A stretch of 64,000 nt of DNA, from the NCBI RefSeq assembly GCF_009834535.1, contig NC_045696.1:52392001-52456000 (forward strand), read 5' to 3'. The notes under the pieces were generated by a model. That model had not been told where the DNA came from, ran no database searches, and was given only the letters and a program-made list of their open reading frames with translations. Numbering within the stretch: position 1 is the stretch's first letter; each line of letters opens with the position of its first letter. Of the stretch, positions 1 to 12,220 are shown in pieces. A program made the translations under genes and the position numbers. Origin of the DNA: Camelus ferus (taxonomy: Eukaryota).

Positions 1-304
1 ATTAATTAAATGTTAATTGTTGAAAATGTGTTATAAAAATAATATTTAATAAAAATGTATTTTTGAAAATTGTGTGCTTCCTAGATCTAAATATTGACAT
101 TTAAGGTCCTAGGTTATTGCATGGATCTTTCTCTGGTGGCTCTGAAAAAATCCCTCCAGGCAATATTATTTAACATAATTGGTTTCTTAGCATACTGAGA
201 GATAAGGAACAATGTAGTCTAGTGTTTCAGTTTGGAACTGAAATGTCACACAGACCAAGGCCAAGCTGTGATTTCCTCTACAACAGGGGTTGGTATATTT
301 TTCT

Positions 305-539
305 TTTTTTTTAGCTCTTTTTTTCTTTTCCCTTTTCAGTTTTATTAGGTAGAATTATTATAGTTCAACTGCATATACACATTATATTGCATGTAAATAC
401 ATGTATACATTATACTGTACTTTTTTTAGTTTTAATACATGTGCGAATTATTTTTTTTGAGAACAGATTAGATCTTTAGCTTTTTAAACTTACGTAGTTA
501 TCAAAGGAATAAAGCCACAAAATTTTGATTGAAAAAGAC
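305..539 (-). pseudogene. 5'-truncated retroposed fragment (probable processed mRNA 3'UTR or orphan L1 transduction)
   Basis: 14-bp TSD TGGTATATTTTTCT at 291-304 and 540-553; T-rich tail at the left end; TTTATT (AATAAA on minus) at 341-346; body not recognised as a TE. Confidence 0.6.
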
Positions 540-2049
540 TGGTATATTTTTCTAGGGTGAAGCATTTTTTTTATTGTTTTCTTTCCTTTTGAATCTCAAC
601 CCATCATTAGTATTTAGAAGAGACTTTCTAAAAGAAAATAAAATTCTCCTCCAAAAACATACTGTGAAGATTGATAATAATAATTCTTTTTTTTAATGTC
701 ATCAGGTGGCTTTTAACTTTTTTCCATTTGGTTAGAAGTGTTTTAGAGATTGAAAAGCATAAGTTTGAGTAATATCCTGAAGTAGTGACACTAATTCGCT
801 ATGTGAATCGGTGACAGTAACTCAACTATTTCTAGTACCTTCTACTCAATAGTACCTAAATACTAAAAGTAACCCTTTTTATTCCCTATCAATATTTATA
901 CCCTTTTAGCATTCCTGAGTCCTCAAACTTACATTGATATAGTAATAAATTGCCTTTACAACATTAAAACTACTTTGTAACATACTTTTTTGGGGCAGAG
1001 AATAAAATGGGCTATTAGAAGTATCTTTAAAAAGATTATGTGATGGGGTGGCTTTCACACTGCCCAGTCCCATCAAACTACAGGTGATGAGGACTTCCCC
1101 ATGCATATTACTACCAGTTAGCTTTTGGGTATCAGGATATACACCATCTCTTTCAGGGGCTTACAAGTATCCTGGAGATGTCCATACCAGAGTTCAAATG
1201 AAATTCAGTCCAGTCTCAGGTTATGGTTAGATGTGAGCACAGTTCAGGATGTCATGCAGGATCTCACTTGACAGCACTGAGAATACCCAGCTTGGACCTC
1301 AGCACTTGTGTTGCGCTCAGTTGAATGGCCAAAGATCTGCAGATTGGGTTTGGCCTCCCAAGTGGATCCCCTTTGAGGGTTATCCCAGGTCTTTCCCCTT
1401 AGCTTTAGGTTCTACCCATCTCATTCATGGTCATGCTTCACCCCATTCTTTCTCCCTCCTGCCACTCTGTATACCCTTCATTCAGAGATCCTTGGTCAGG
1501 AGTCTTCTGGGTCTTTCTATTGTCTGTCCTGTCTGTTGTTATATATAAATCTATATCTCGCTTGTTTTTCAAGAGCTTTTCTGCAAGATCTTTTCTGCTC
1601 TTAACAAATCTTACCTTTTGCAGTTTGATTCATATGAATCAAAGCTGTTGCCGGGACTATTGTTTTTGAAGAAGGCTTTAAGAGACCATTTGGAAATCAA
1701 AAACATAGAAGGGAATAGTGACTAGTGAACTTTTTGTACTCCTACTGTAAATATCCTAGTTCCCCTTGAGGCTGATCAGGAGAAACTCATGTTTAAGGGA
1801 AAGAAAATCACAAAGATTTCAGGTTTCTATTTACTATATTCACTATATTTTAGAGGTAAAAATTCTTAGTACCTCTAAAGCAGAAAGGTACTAAGCAGTA
1901 GGCAGTATTAATGAAAATAAACGCTGGTGAGATTATTAAATTAAAAAGCTAAAAAGAAAAAATTTTCAAACCTCCAGACAGTAGGGTTAAACAGAAGACT
2001 CCCAAGTACCTCCATTAAATAAATAAATAAACCTAATTACCCTCCCCCC

Positions 2050-3200
2050 CAAAAAAGGAAAATGAGACTAGTATGAAACTTTTCATCTCCAACATTGGAA
2101 GCTAGAAGACAATGAAACAATATCTCCAGCATGTTAAAAGAAAAAGAATGTGATCCAAATAAAATAATAAAATACTTAAGAAAATTTAGAAAACTGTCAT
2201 GTGATCTTGGGCTTGCAGGAACTTAAGCAAGCAAACTCAGAAACCGTATTAGTCTACATGAAAGTAAAAGTGTTTGGGTGTTAATAGACTCCATAAACAA
2301 AATTAAAAGGAAAAAAACAAGGGATTGACTGGAAAAAGTTATTTGCAACCCAATTAGAGACAAAAAACTAGTACAATTTGACTCTACATATCAATAAGAA
2401 AAAAAGATGTAACAGAGAGAAAAATGGACAAGATACAATTATGAGAAGAAAAAAGTCTAAGTGGTCTGTAAATATTTATAAAAATACTTTTCCATATTAA
2501 CAAGAAAATAAAAATTAAGATAACAAGAAGTTATTTTCTACCCATGGGATTAGCAAAAACTACAGAGTTAGAAGATCTAGTGCTGGCCAGGTTACAAAAT
2601 AGATTGTTTTGGCACCTGGCAATGTGAAGTTCTATAACCTTGCCGTGAATAATCACCTAGAAAATTTTATTTAAATTTAAAATGACTACTCAGTGGAGAT
2701 TCATCTTAGATGTAGGCCCTTTGTACAAGAATGTGTTATTTTGGTGCTATTTATAGTGACAAAAGTTTCTAGAGAAGAATTGATTAACAGTAGAAGGATG
2801 GTAGAATAAAATAATGTATAGTTTTGGACCATTATGTAACCTTTACCAGGGATGAGTTAACTCTTCTATCTATTGACCTGATAGAATGTCTATAATATAC
2901 TATTAAGGAACAGTATTAATTTGAAAGATAATATGTAGTGTTTGAGATCCCATTTTTATAAAACCAGAAAAAATGGCAGCCACCACAAAACACTTTGTAT
3001 ATGTGTATTTTTGTTTTCAAATATATATCTGGGTGTGGGGCAAGATATGGAAAAAAAAATAAACTGGTTTGCTTAGGAAGGTGGAGATAGAGGAAGGGTA
3101 AGAGAAGAGAGATCTTTTTTTTATAGCTTTTTTTTTTAACTACTTCTTGTATTTATTTTGTATGTATTTATAAATTAAAACAAAATTAATACATTTTAAA
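2050..3200 (+). mobile_element. Ancient L1M (L1ME-like) fragments
   Basis: A-rich strand bias and degenerate L1 motifs such as 'ggaagctagaagacaatgaaacaatatctcc' and 'aaaaagttatttgcaacc'. Confidence 0.55.
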
Positions 3201-3934
3201 AATATTTATTATGTTTACTGGTTGTTTGCATTTAGAATATTGAGAAAGGATCTATTATTTTGACTTTCCAATCTATGAGCCAGTCTATGAAAGGTTTTGT
3301 TGAGTGCTTGAGATGTGAAAAAAAATTATAACATCTATTTTTTTCCATTCTTACAATACAGTTTATCTTATTGACAATAAAAAGCTATTGTAATCAATCT
3401 ACAACTGTTAGAGTATAAACTCCTTGAGGGCAAGGTCCTACAGATTTTCCTGTCTTCCTTAGGATTTTGAACTGCATTTGTTGAAAATAGGCCAAATGAA
3501 AATATCTCCCAAATTATATATTTTTTTTTGTAATTTACCATGTTCCTTCCAGACTTCAACAAGAGAATAAAATGGATTTTGTTGTATTTTAAAAACCATC
3601 AACTGCACTCTGGGTTCAAATATCACTGTTTGATGCAACCAACTTGAATCGAAGGATGCTTCAAATCCCACTATGCTGGAGATAAATACACTCAAAGATT
3701 TGAGAGTGTCTCTTGAGAGAGTTCAGAATGAGGCAGACTCTTGGCTCTACTTCACAATTTTAACTATCAAAGGAAGTAAAGTAAGACCATTTTGTAACCA
3801 AGTGAGAATTGCTGGGCCCAATCTATAAGTTTATTTTAGCCACCAATTTTAAATAAACTTAATTAATACCTTAAATGATTTCTATGAAATATTATATATA
3901 TTGTCAAGTTTTAAAAGAAGCATTGTATCTCATA

Positions 3935-4165
3935 CAGCATAGTGATTCAGAGTGTGGGCTATGTATCGAGGCTACCTGGATGAAAAATCATCTTTGCCAC
4001 CTACCATCTCTGAATCTTTGAGCAAGTTACTTAGTTACTGTGTGCCTCAGTGGCCTCTTCTATAAAACGGGGATAATGAGAGGATCTGTATCCTAGGGTG
4101 TTGGGACGATCGTAGAAGAATTTCTGGCACATAGAAACGCTAAACAAATGAAGGTCACCAATACT
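3935..4165 (+). mobile_element. MIR SINE
   Basis: MIR core 'ttgagcaagttacttagttactgtgtgcctcagtggcctcttctataaaacggggataat' and tail 'ctggcacatagaaacgctaaacaaatg'. Confidence 0.8.
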
Positions 4166-4431
4166 TATCATATGCTTGATAATTAGGATTAGTACAAACA
4201 TACCTAGAGATTATGACTCACAAATCAGAGACATGCAGAGACCTGGATACTGAAAGCAATATTTCATAAATGGCCTCTAGCATAGAAAAACCTTGCATGC
4301 ACAACTCAGGAATTCAAATTTTTGAAGTTTTTTTCTTTTTGTATTATTTCCCATTTTTCTCTTCTTCTCAAACCCAATGGAAGTTCCTTGGATTTTCATA
4401 TTCTTATGTTTACAGCTACCATGAAGACTTA

Positions 4432-5168
4432 TATATTAACTATGTATGGCTTTATAACAATTTATCATGAAATTTAGAATCTTAAAAATATATTTTTTTT
4501 CACGCAGTTTCTGTGGATCAGGAAATCTGGAGGAGCTTAGTTGGGTGATTCTGTCTTAGGATGTCTTAGGAGAGTGTAATCAAGATGTTTGCTGGGGCTG
4601 TAGTCATCTAAAGATTTGACTGGGTTTGGGGAAACACTGCCAAGATGGCTTACTTGCGTAGTAAACAAGTTGGGGCTGGCTCTTGGCAAGAGGCTTCAAT
4701 TCCCCACCATGCCTGAGTGTTCTTATGACACAATTACTCACTTCCCCAAAAGCAAGTGATGGAAGAGAGCACAAAGTGAAAGCCACAATATGTTTTCTGA
4801 ATACTTAATTTTTCAGAGCAGTTTTAGTTTGACAGCAGAATTGAGAGGAAAATACAGAGATTTCCCCATATACTCCCTCCCCTCACACATGCCTAGCCTC
4901 ACCCATTATCAACACATGTCCTCACCAGAGTGGTGCATTTGTTACAACTGATGAAACCACACTGACACATCATAATCACCCAAAGTCCATAGTTCACATT
5001 ATGGTCACTCTTGGTGTTCACAAGATCTCCTGTGATTTCACCTTGGAAGTTACATTCTGTCATTTCTGCAGTATCTTATTGGTATTTTATGTGGGAGGGA
5101 ATTACACAAGGACATGAATACCAGGAGGCAAGAATCCTTAGGGACCATCTTGGATGTTGACTCCCACA
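4432..5168 (-). mobile_element. MaLR MLT1-type solo LTR interrupted by an L1 3' fragment
   Basis: 'tttctgtggatcaggaaatctgg...ctggggctgtagtcatct...ccaagatggct' and end 'gggaccatcttggatgttgactcccaca'. Confidence 0.75.
4805..5020 (-). mobile_element. L1MC/MD-like 3' end nested in the MLT1 LTR
   Basis: 'agagcagttttagtttgacagcagaattgagaggaaaatacagagatttcccc...tcaccagagtggtgcatttgttacaa'; a similar copy lies at about 51805. Confidence 0.75.
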
Positions 5169-5184
5169 ACATTTTACCTGTTTC

Positions 5185-6300
5185 ATGTATTTCATTTATT
5201 CAGTTAGTATGTTTGTGCAGTATCTGTTATAGCCGAGGCACTACTAGGCCAGGTGCTGTATTGGGGTATAAGGATGGGTAAGTTGTGAGTTGTGCTCTTA
5301 AAAGTGCTCTTAATAGTTAGCAGGGGGAATGAAATCCTTACTTGCACAGTTGGAGTACAAGGAAGTATGGAATCAGTATCAAGGAAGTGATATCAGTAAG
5401 CTCCTTAGGTGTTCAGAGGAAGAGGAGTAATTTCTGGTTGGAGATCCAGATGAAATGGAATGTAACCTGAGTCTCCAAGGATGAGACAGAATCACTGTGA
5501 GTGGAGACAAGGGAAAGTGCATCTCATGCAGAGTGAACAATGTGAACAGGATCAGAGAGTTGAGAAAGCAAGCTGAATTTAGAGGCAAACAACCAGGCTA
5601 CTTTGGAATAAAAGTTTATGTAGGGAGGTAAAAGGAGAGAAAAGGAGATAGAGGCCACTTTACCCAAGTCCTTAGAAGCTATGTTTAAACTTTTAAAAAT
5701 CATTCAGCAAACAATAGGAGTGTATGGAGTTTTGTTGTTGTTGTTGTTGTTTAAGCTGATAAGTAATGTGATAAAAAGGGTCTTTTAGGTCTCAAGGAGG
5801 AGTCAGGGAGGGAGAGATCAGAGACAGAGGAGCCAGCTAGAAAGAACTTACAATATTCCTAAGAAGAGCAGGTAATACAAAAGATGCCGTAGGAGAATTA
5901 AAAAGTAACAGAGAGGAGTAATCTTGAAGGGGGAATTTACAGAATTTAGCAACTAGTTGAATACTTTACTTGAGGAATCTGTTCAAATAACTTGAGATTT
6001 GCTGTTTGCTTTAGAGGAAGAGTTGGTTTAAAGAGGAGGATGATGAGTTTGTAATAGTATGGTGAGTTACAGAGGACTGGAAGACTCCTTATATGCTCTC
6101 TATCCTTTTTCCCACAATAAGGCTGAGTTTTTCTGGATAGTTGTTCTCTAAGATGGAGTAAATCCTCAAAGTTTGGGGAGCTTGGGAATCCTAGCAGTGA
6201 GGTCAGGAAAGAGTACAATGGGGGTAGAAACTCAAGAAATTGAGTTGAATTAATTGGATCAACATTCTATTGAGCTCAATTGGTAACCATGATGGTGTGC
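5185..6300 (-). mobile_element. L2 LINE remnant
   Basis: L2 3'-end-like 'catttattcagttagtatgtttgtgcagtatctgttatagcc' followed by a long purine-rich antisense L2 body. Confidence 0.6.
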
Positions 6301-6339
6301 AAGAGATGGAAAGGTAAGAAGATTATGGACTTAGAATAA

Positions 6340-6570
6340 TATAGTTGAGGTCACAGGTTTGGGATCTTAATACGGACTTGGTTTCAAATTCAGCTCTCCA
6401 TATGTAACTGAACTTTGGTTAAGCTGTTTAATTTTCAGGAACCTCAGTTTTCTAATTTTTAGTAGAATTTGTAATAGAGTCTTAAGTTTCAATGGAATAT
6501 TTGACATGTCATACTCTTTGCAGGGATGCTGGCAGGTAGTAAACCCTTTGTAATAAACAGTAGATTTATT
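6340..6570 (+). mobile_element. MIR SINE (degenerate)
   Basis: 'gacttggtttcaaattcagctct...actttggttaagctgtttaattttcaggaacctcagttttct'. Confidence 0.6.
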
Positions 6571-7021
6571 GAGATGGTAAGCTTTATGCTACTACAATAG
6601 GACATTAATATTTTTAGACCAGGTCAGCAGAATTTCTGATCTCTTGAAATTTGACTAGTCCCTTACTGCACATAGTTGAGGGAAATGAGTGTGTTTATAT
6701 TATTAGAAAGCATGGGGAATATGCCAGTGTGAATGTGCCAGTGTACCAATACCCTAATATTCATCCTTATTCCCTATGAACTTGTCTTGGTCAGTGGTTT
6801 TAAGTATAGACTTCCCTTTACTCCAAATTAACAAATGATGGTTGGTATCCACTTGTAGGATCCATCCTGGTGGGAAGGTATTAAGATAAATTGTGTGCCT
6901 ATAAAATTATATATAAAATCACAAATATGATTTCTTAATAATTTATCTTTTCTTTCAATTAAAATAAAATTAATGGAAAGAAAATTAGTATCCTTTGGGA
7001 TGATTAATTAAATACAAGAAT

Positions 7022-7590
7022 AAGTTTGTCAAGAACCTTTGAGCTGCAAGTGACAACAAATCCAATTCAATCAAATTAGTAAGAAGGGAACTTACTGGTT
7101 CAACTAACTGGGAATTCCGAAGGGAAATGGCTTCTGGAAAGGGTGGATCTAAGGGCTCAACCAGTGGCTCCAGGGTTCTCTCTTTTGGTACTTGGTGCTG
7201 CTTATCTCTGGATTAGGTCTTTTCTCAGGCAGTCTCTTTCTTTTAATGGCAGTATGATTGCCAGCAGTGTTAGGCCTTTAATCTTATGTTTTCAGAAACT
7301 CAGCAGAGAGAGGGCTCTCTTCTTATGAGTCTGGAAAATAGTCTCAGGATTAGCTCAGATTGTCTTTGAGATCATCATGTGCTCTTCCCAGAGCCAATCA
7401 CTGTGGCCAGAAGGTCATGCTCTGATCACCTTAGCCTGCTTCACTACCTTCCCCCTGTTACTAATGATGGAATCAGTTTTACCAAGTGTCATGGATTGAA
7501 AGTGAGAGGAGTTGTTTCCCAAGGAAAATCAGTATTTTATTACCAGGGGTAGGAGAAGGGATACTCTGAAGGCAAAACCTTTCCACAAAA
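7022..7590 (-). mobile_element. Old MaLR LTR (MLT1J/K/L-like)
   Basis: 'gctgcaagtgacaacaaatccaattcaa...gaagggaacttactggttca' and 'gagccaatcactgtggccagaagg'. Confidence 0.7.
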
Positions 7591-10500
7591 ATTTCCTTCA
7601 GGCATAAAAGACAGCACCAACTGCAGCAGGTGAGAGAGTCTTAATCACTCTCCTCTCTGTAGCTTTTCTGCTTTTTAGTCTGATAACCCTGTGATAGCAC
7701 ATCCTAGGCAGTCGATCAATATTTGTTGAATTGAGTGGAACCTGATTCAGACTCATGCTTCCTCTCAGGGTTGAATGATTCAGGTTTATCCCCACAAATC
7801 ATTCTATTTAATTTTCAGAACCATTTCTGTGGATACATGACACAGAACAGAAAACCGGGGTTTCTGAAAATAAAACTTACCTTCACATTTCTTTGTACAT
7901 TGACCCTATATTCCTCCCTCCCTGCTTTTTGAGCCTCTCAAAGCTTTTTCAAAGAAGGAAAAATGGATGTCTCCAAATGACCAATGGTTTTTAAAAGGAA
8001 GGCCTGGTGGAAAGTTGGAAAAACTGTACCAGATGTAGAAAATTAATAGATGGATGGGAAAACTTAAGCTTCCCTGGATGAAGGAGAAGAAGGCATCTCT
8101 TACCACGTGCTCTGGAGGGGCAGCTTAAAGCACTTTAATCTTTGATGAATGTGATTGAACTCTTTCCGCTACTCAAGGAAAAACAGAAGTGCTCACAAGG
8201 GCTGATCCTGTGCTGGCTCCCTGCCACCATCAACCCTGCCTTCTGCATAATTATTAGGCCTTTAACTTTTCTTTGCTTCTACTATTTTGAAATTCCTCTT
8301 TCAGACGAGAAAATATAATAGATGAGACAAGTGCAAATGGAAACCAGGTATTATAGTAAGAGAGCACTAGAATGAGAGCCAGGAATTTAGGGTGGGGTGC
8401 TGCATAGGGGACTTTGCACAGCTATAAGTTTCCAATGTCTGTCCTATCATCTCTTACTGTCTCCACTCAAGAGTGCCTCCTAGCTACACTGTCCATGTGT
8501 CTTGAAGAATGTACATGGACAAAGATGCAGTGATGTTACAGATCCAGTGATGCTGGGATGAAGACCAGTGAATAAAACATGTCTTCTGGGTCAATATGCA
8601 AGACATTTGCTAGTTAATTGAGGCATTATATATCTTAATTTGATGGTAAAATACTTACAAGTACACAGGAAAGGATGAAAACACAGCTCAACCACACACC
8701 AAGACTGATAAACACCTTAATGATTATACCTAGGAATATTCTCTACTACCTATAACACAGATGGAACTGTATTGAGAAAAACAGACACACACACAAATCA
8801 ACTAACAAAATGATGGCAGATCCAGGATCTGTCCCTACCACAAATCTAAGGTATTCTGTCCACTGGAGAATGCTGCTTTTTGTGGTATGTTGATTTACAC
8901 TACAATTACCTAGCAGTCCATCTGTGTGCATTCTGAGAGCGCACCCAGAAATCAATTGAACATCAGAATAGGAAGTATTCGTGTGTGTGTACATGTGCAT
9001 GTGGACTAATGTGGCAATTCCCTCCACCTTGGAAGATATACTCCTTAAAGGAATGTGAGAAGGATCTGTGTAGCCTTATATGTTGGAATTTCCATTTCCC
9101 ATGTATTTTCTAGATTCAGAGAATCAGAGACCAAGATATAACTGTGACAGATGCTGCCACTTGAGTGGAGGGGAGCTGCCCATGTGAATGATGACACAGA
9201 AATGAGGAATGAGACTTTTGGCCATGATTTAAAGCTATAACTCCATGTTTGTATTTCTTTGTTTTCCAAATTTTCTAAAGTCAGGAAAATATTATATTGA
9301 AAAGAACTCCTGTTAGTCCTACACTTTGCAATTTACAAGGCATATTTTATATTCCTCTCTATGAGTGAGGCATGGTAGGTATTTTTTTAAAGTAGAGATG
9401 GCAAGGCCTAGGGAGGTTTAATGTCTTGTTTAGCTTGTAAGAATGGAATGGAAATCAGATGTTCTTACTCAAGCCCAGTTATCCTTCCATTAATTTTCGG
9501 ACAAGCAAACCAACAACAGAGATAAACAAAGGGTTAAACCAAGGCCCACCAGACATATTTTGGGCCCCAAACAGAATGAATGCTGGCAGATGGCTATCTT
9601 GTAATTAGAGTCTGTATGTCCAAGTAAGACAATGCTGTGGAAAGAATGAACTTGAAAGGTAGAAGCAAGGGTGAAATGAGGAAGTTGGAAAAGAGGTGGT
9701 TGTGGAATAACTTCTGTTGTTTTCATCATTAATAGTAACCCTCTTTTTTTAACTTTTTAAAATCTATGTGTGACATATTTATTGTTGAATTTTTTACATT
9801 CTTTTAAAACAATTGTTTGTTTTTCATTTTCTCCTGTGGCTTAAAATAATTATAGTAAGTTTTCCTTGCTAGCAGGCACCTCTCCATCCATAATCAGCAA
9901 CTCCCAAACTTCCACGTTGGTTTTGCTGGAACACCTCCCAGCAACACCTGACTAATTTAAATTGCAAACCCATGAGGCAAGCACTGGGGAAGGGAATAAT
10001 GACCCATTCTGTAGCCTACCTTGAGCAGACTTGCGGGATACCAAGCCTGCTTTGCCCCTTTCATGCTGCCTGTCTTTATGCTCCGGTCTCCTTGCCAATA
10101 TAGCACTCTGCACCTTACTGGGAAAGTAAGACTGCAGCCAAACAGGTGAGCATGGAGCTTTATTTACGAAGGCCACATAACTTTCTCTCTGCTTCAAGTC
10201 CTTAGGGTCTGGTTCTCTTTCTACACAGCTCTGCAGACTTAGGTCTGAATGTATGCTCTTCTAAAATCAGAAGCGGCTGAAGCTCATCAGGTCACACCAG
10301 TGCTGTTACTGATCTTCACCCCAAACCTCAGGAAACAAAGCCAGGCATGATATCCTCAGCTTTTATCTTCCTTTTCTTGCCTGGCCTGGAAAGTTGCAGA
10401 TAGGATGTATCTAAAATTGGAGTCTAAAAAAATAAATAAATAAATAAAATAAAACAAAATTGGAGTCTAGGAGGAATACTTTTTCAAAGGATTTTTACTG

Positions 10501-11720
10501 GGCAGGAAATACCACATCTTAAAGGGTAGCCCTGTGTTCCTATAGCTGGTACAGACATCTGAAGTCATTTAAAATTAGCATGAAAGATAACCAGAGTTTC
10601 GGCTTATAAATTCACAGGATAGAAGGAAGAGTTGGCAATAATTTGGAGTGTGTATTCACTGCAAAGAACCAATGAAAACATAGATAATTCAGGATCTTTT
10701 AGACTTAGTTTGTGGGCCAACCAACAGCATAACTGAATTACAAAAATCATTATTTCTATTAACTTAAATATACAACTGCAGCTATAACTTCTGACATGTT
10801 GAATGAATACACAAGGACCAAAGTTTTGGTCAGTACAGATTAAGCCTTGCAATTGGCACCCCTGTGGTCCCAGCTCCTTTTCCTGGCACAGTGCTAAAAT
10901 GGCACGTACAACTTTCATCAGTGCTAGCATGTTGCTCATTTAGCATTTAGGAAACACAGTGAATAGTAATTATCAGCCAAATAGCTGAGAAGTGAAAATG
11001 ACCTAGTAATCAGAGTAAATATACATTATGCTGTCATATTATAATGTGTAAATATTGGAGAGAAATAGCAGAACATGGACATTCACAATCTTTCTTTTGA
11101 AGGTTTGTATGAAGGCAGGCGCCATCCTGGCTCTCTGGCCTGCTTTTTGGATAACAGCTACTAAACATGATGGTTTGGTAAATAGTAGGTCATCCTCATT
11201 ATTTGCTCACTTACAGGTAACATCACCATAAAAGGCATTGCCCTGGATTGCCAGGGAGACACATGGAGAGATGATACCAGCTTGGTGGGAGTTTAGAAAA
11301 CTTGCACAGCCAGTTGCTTTTGCTGCTTATTCCAATCCAAGTGTATGTTAATATAACAGAACCTTTCTTCCTTTGTTAAGCCGGAAAATATTAAACGCTG
11401 CCAATGTCATTTTGCTTATCATCATCTACACAAATCAGGTGGGGATAGTATCAATGTTGCAGAATGTTGCTAAACTGAGCACCTGAATTACATGCTGTGA
11501 TACACAGGGCACAGAAGAATAGGCAGGATCTTTATTGTAGAAGCATATGTGAATCTAGTATACTGGGAAAATTAGGCTAGCTGATGTGACAAGTTCATTA
11601 ACATGGTTCTAAATGGCAGGCACACATAATTTCCCCACATTTTCTATTAAGAGCTAAAAGACTTAGAGAGAGAGGAGATCTAATAGTACCTCCACAGCAG
11701 AAGAGAAAGGTGGGGGATGA

Positions 11721-12220
11721 TTGTAGTAGATGTTTGTGGTTTGGGAGGCACTCAATATCCTTGTCTCATTGCTTAAAGCTTCTTGATACTTTGAGGAGTA
11801 GAAGGGGGTGGATTCTCTCCCTATGTCGAGTGAAATCTGGGTAGCTGGTGAATTCAGGTGCCTGTCCCATCTCTACGGAATCCTGGGCTTCCCCAGAAGG
11901 TTCTCTCTGCCAAATTCTCTTTCTAGAACAACCAGGCAGTGAGCATGTACCCTAACCTTGGCTAATACTCTCTCTTGAGGACCCACAAAAAGAGTCCACT
12001 CATTTCAACAGAAGTGAATCTACTGAGATTCTGCTAAGACCTTCAGGAGCTACCTGCACTTGATTGTTCTAAGTTGGGTTCTTCAGCCTTCTATTTGATC
12101 ATGTGCATTGCCCAGTAGTTTTCCAATAATACAGTTCTTGCTCATATGAACTAAAGTTGTTTCTGTTCCTAGCAACCAAAGAACCCTAAGTAGTTTTTTT
12201 TTTTTTTAACCTGAAATACA
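11721..12220 (+). mobile_element. ERVL/MaLR-type solo LTR (LTR16/MLT1-like)
   Basis: Starts 'tgtagtagatg' and ends 'gtttctgttcctagcaaccaaagaaccctaa...aataca'. Confidence 0.55.

Noticed and set aside
8490..8521. Hairpin TGTCCATGT...ACATGGACA
   Set aside because: A 9-bp stem plus two G-U pairs is within chance expectation for 64 kb and too short for a pre-miRNA
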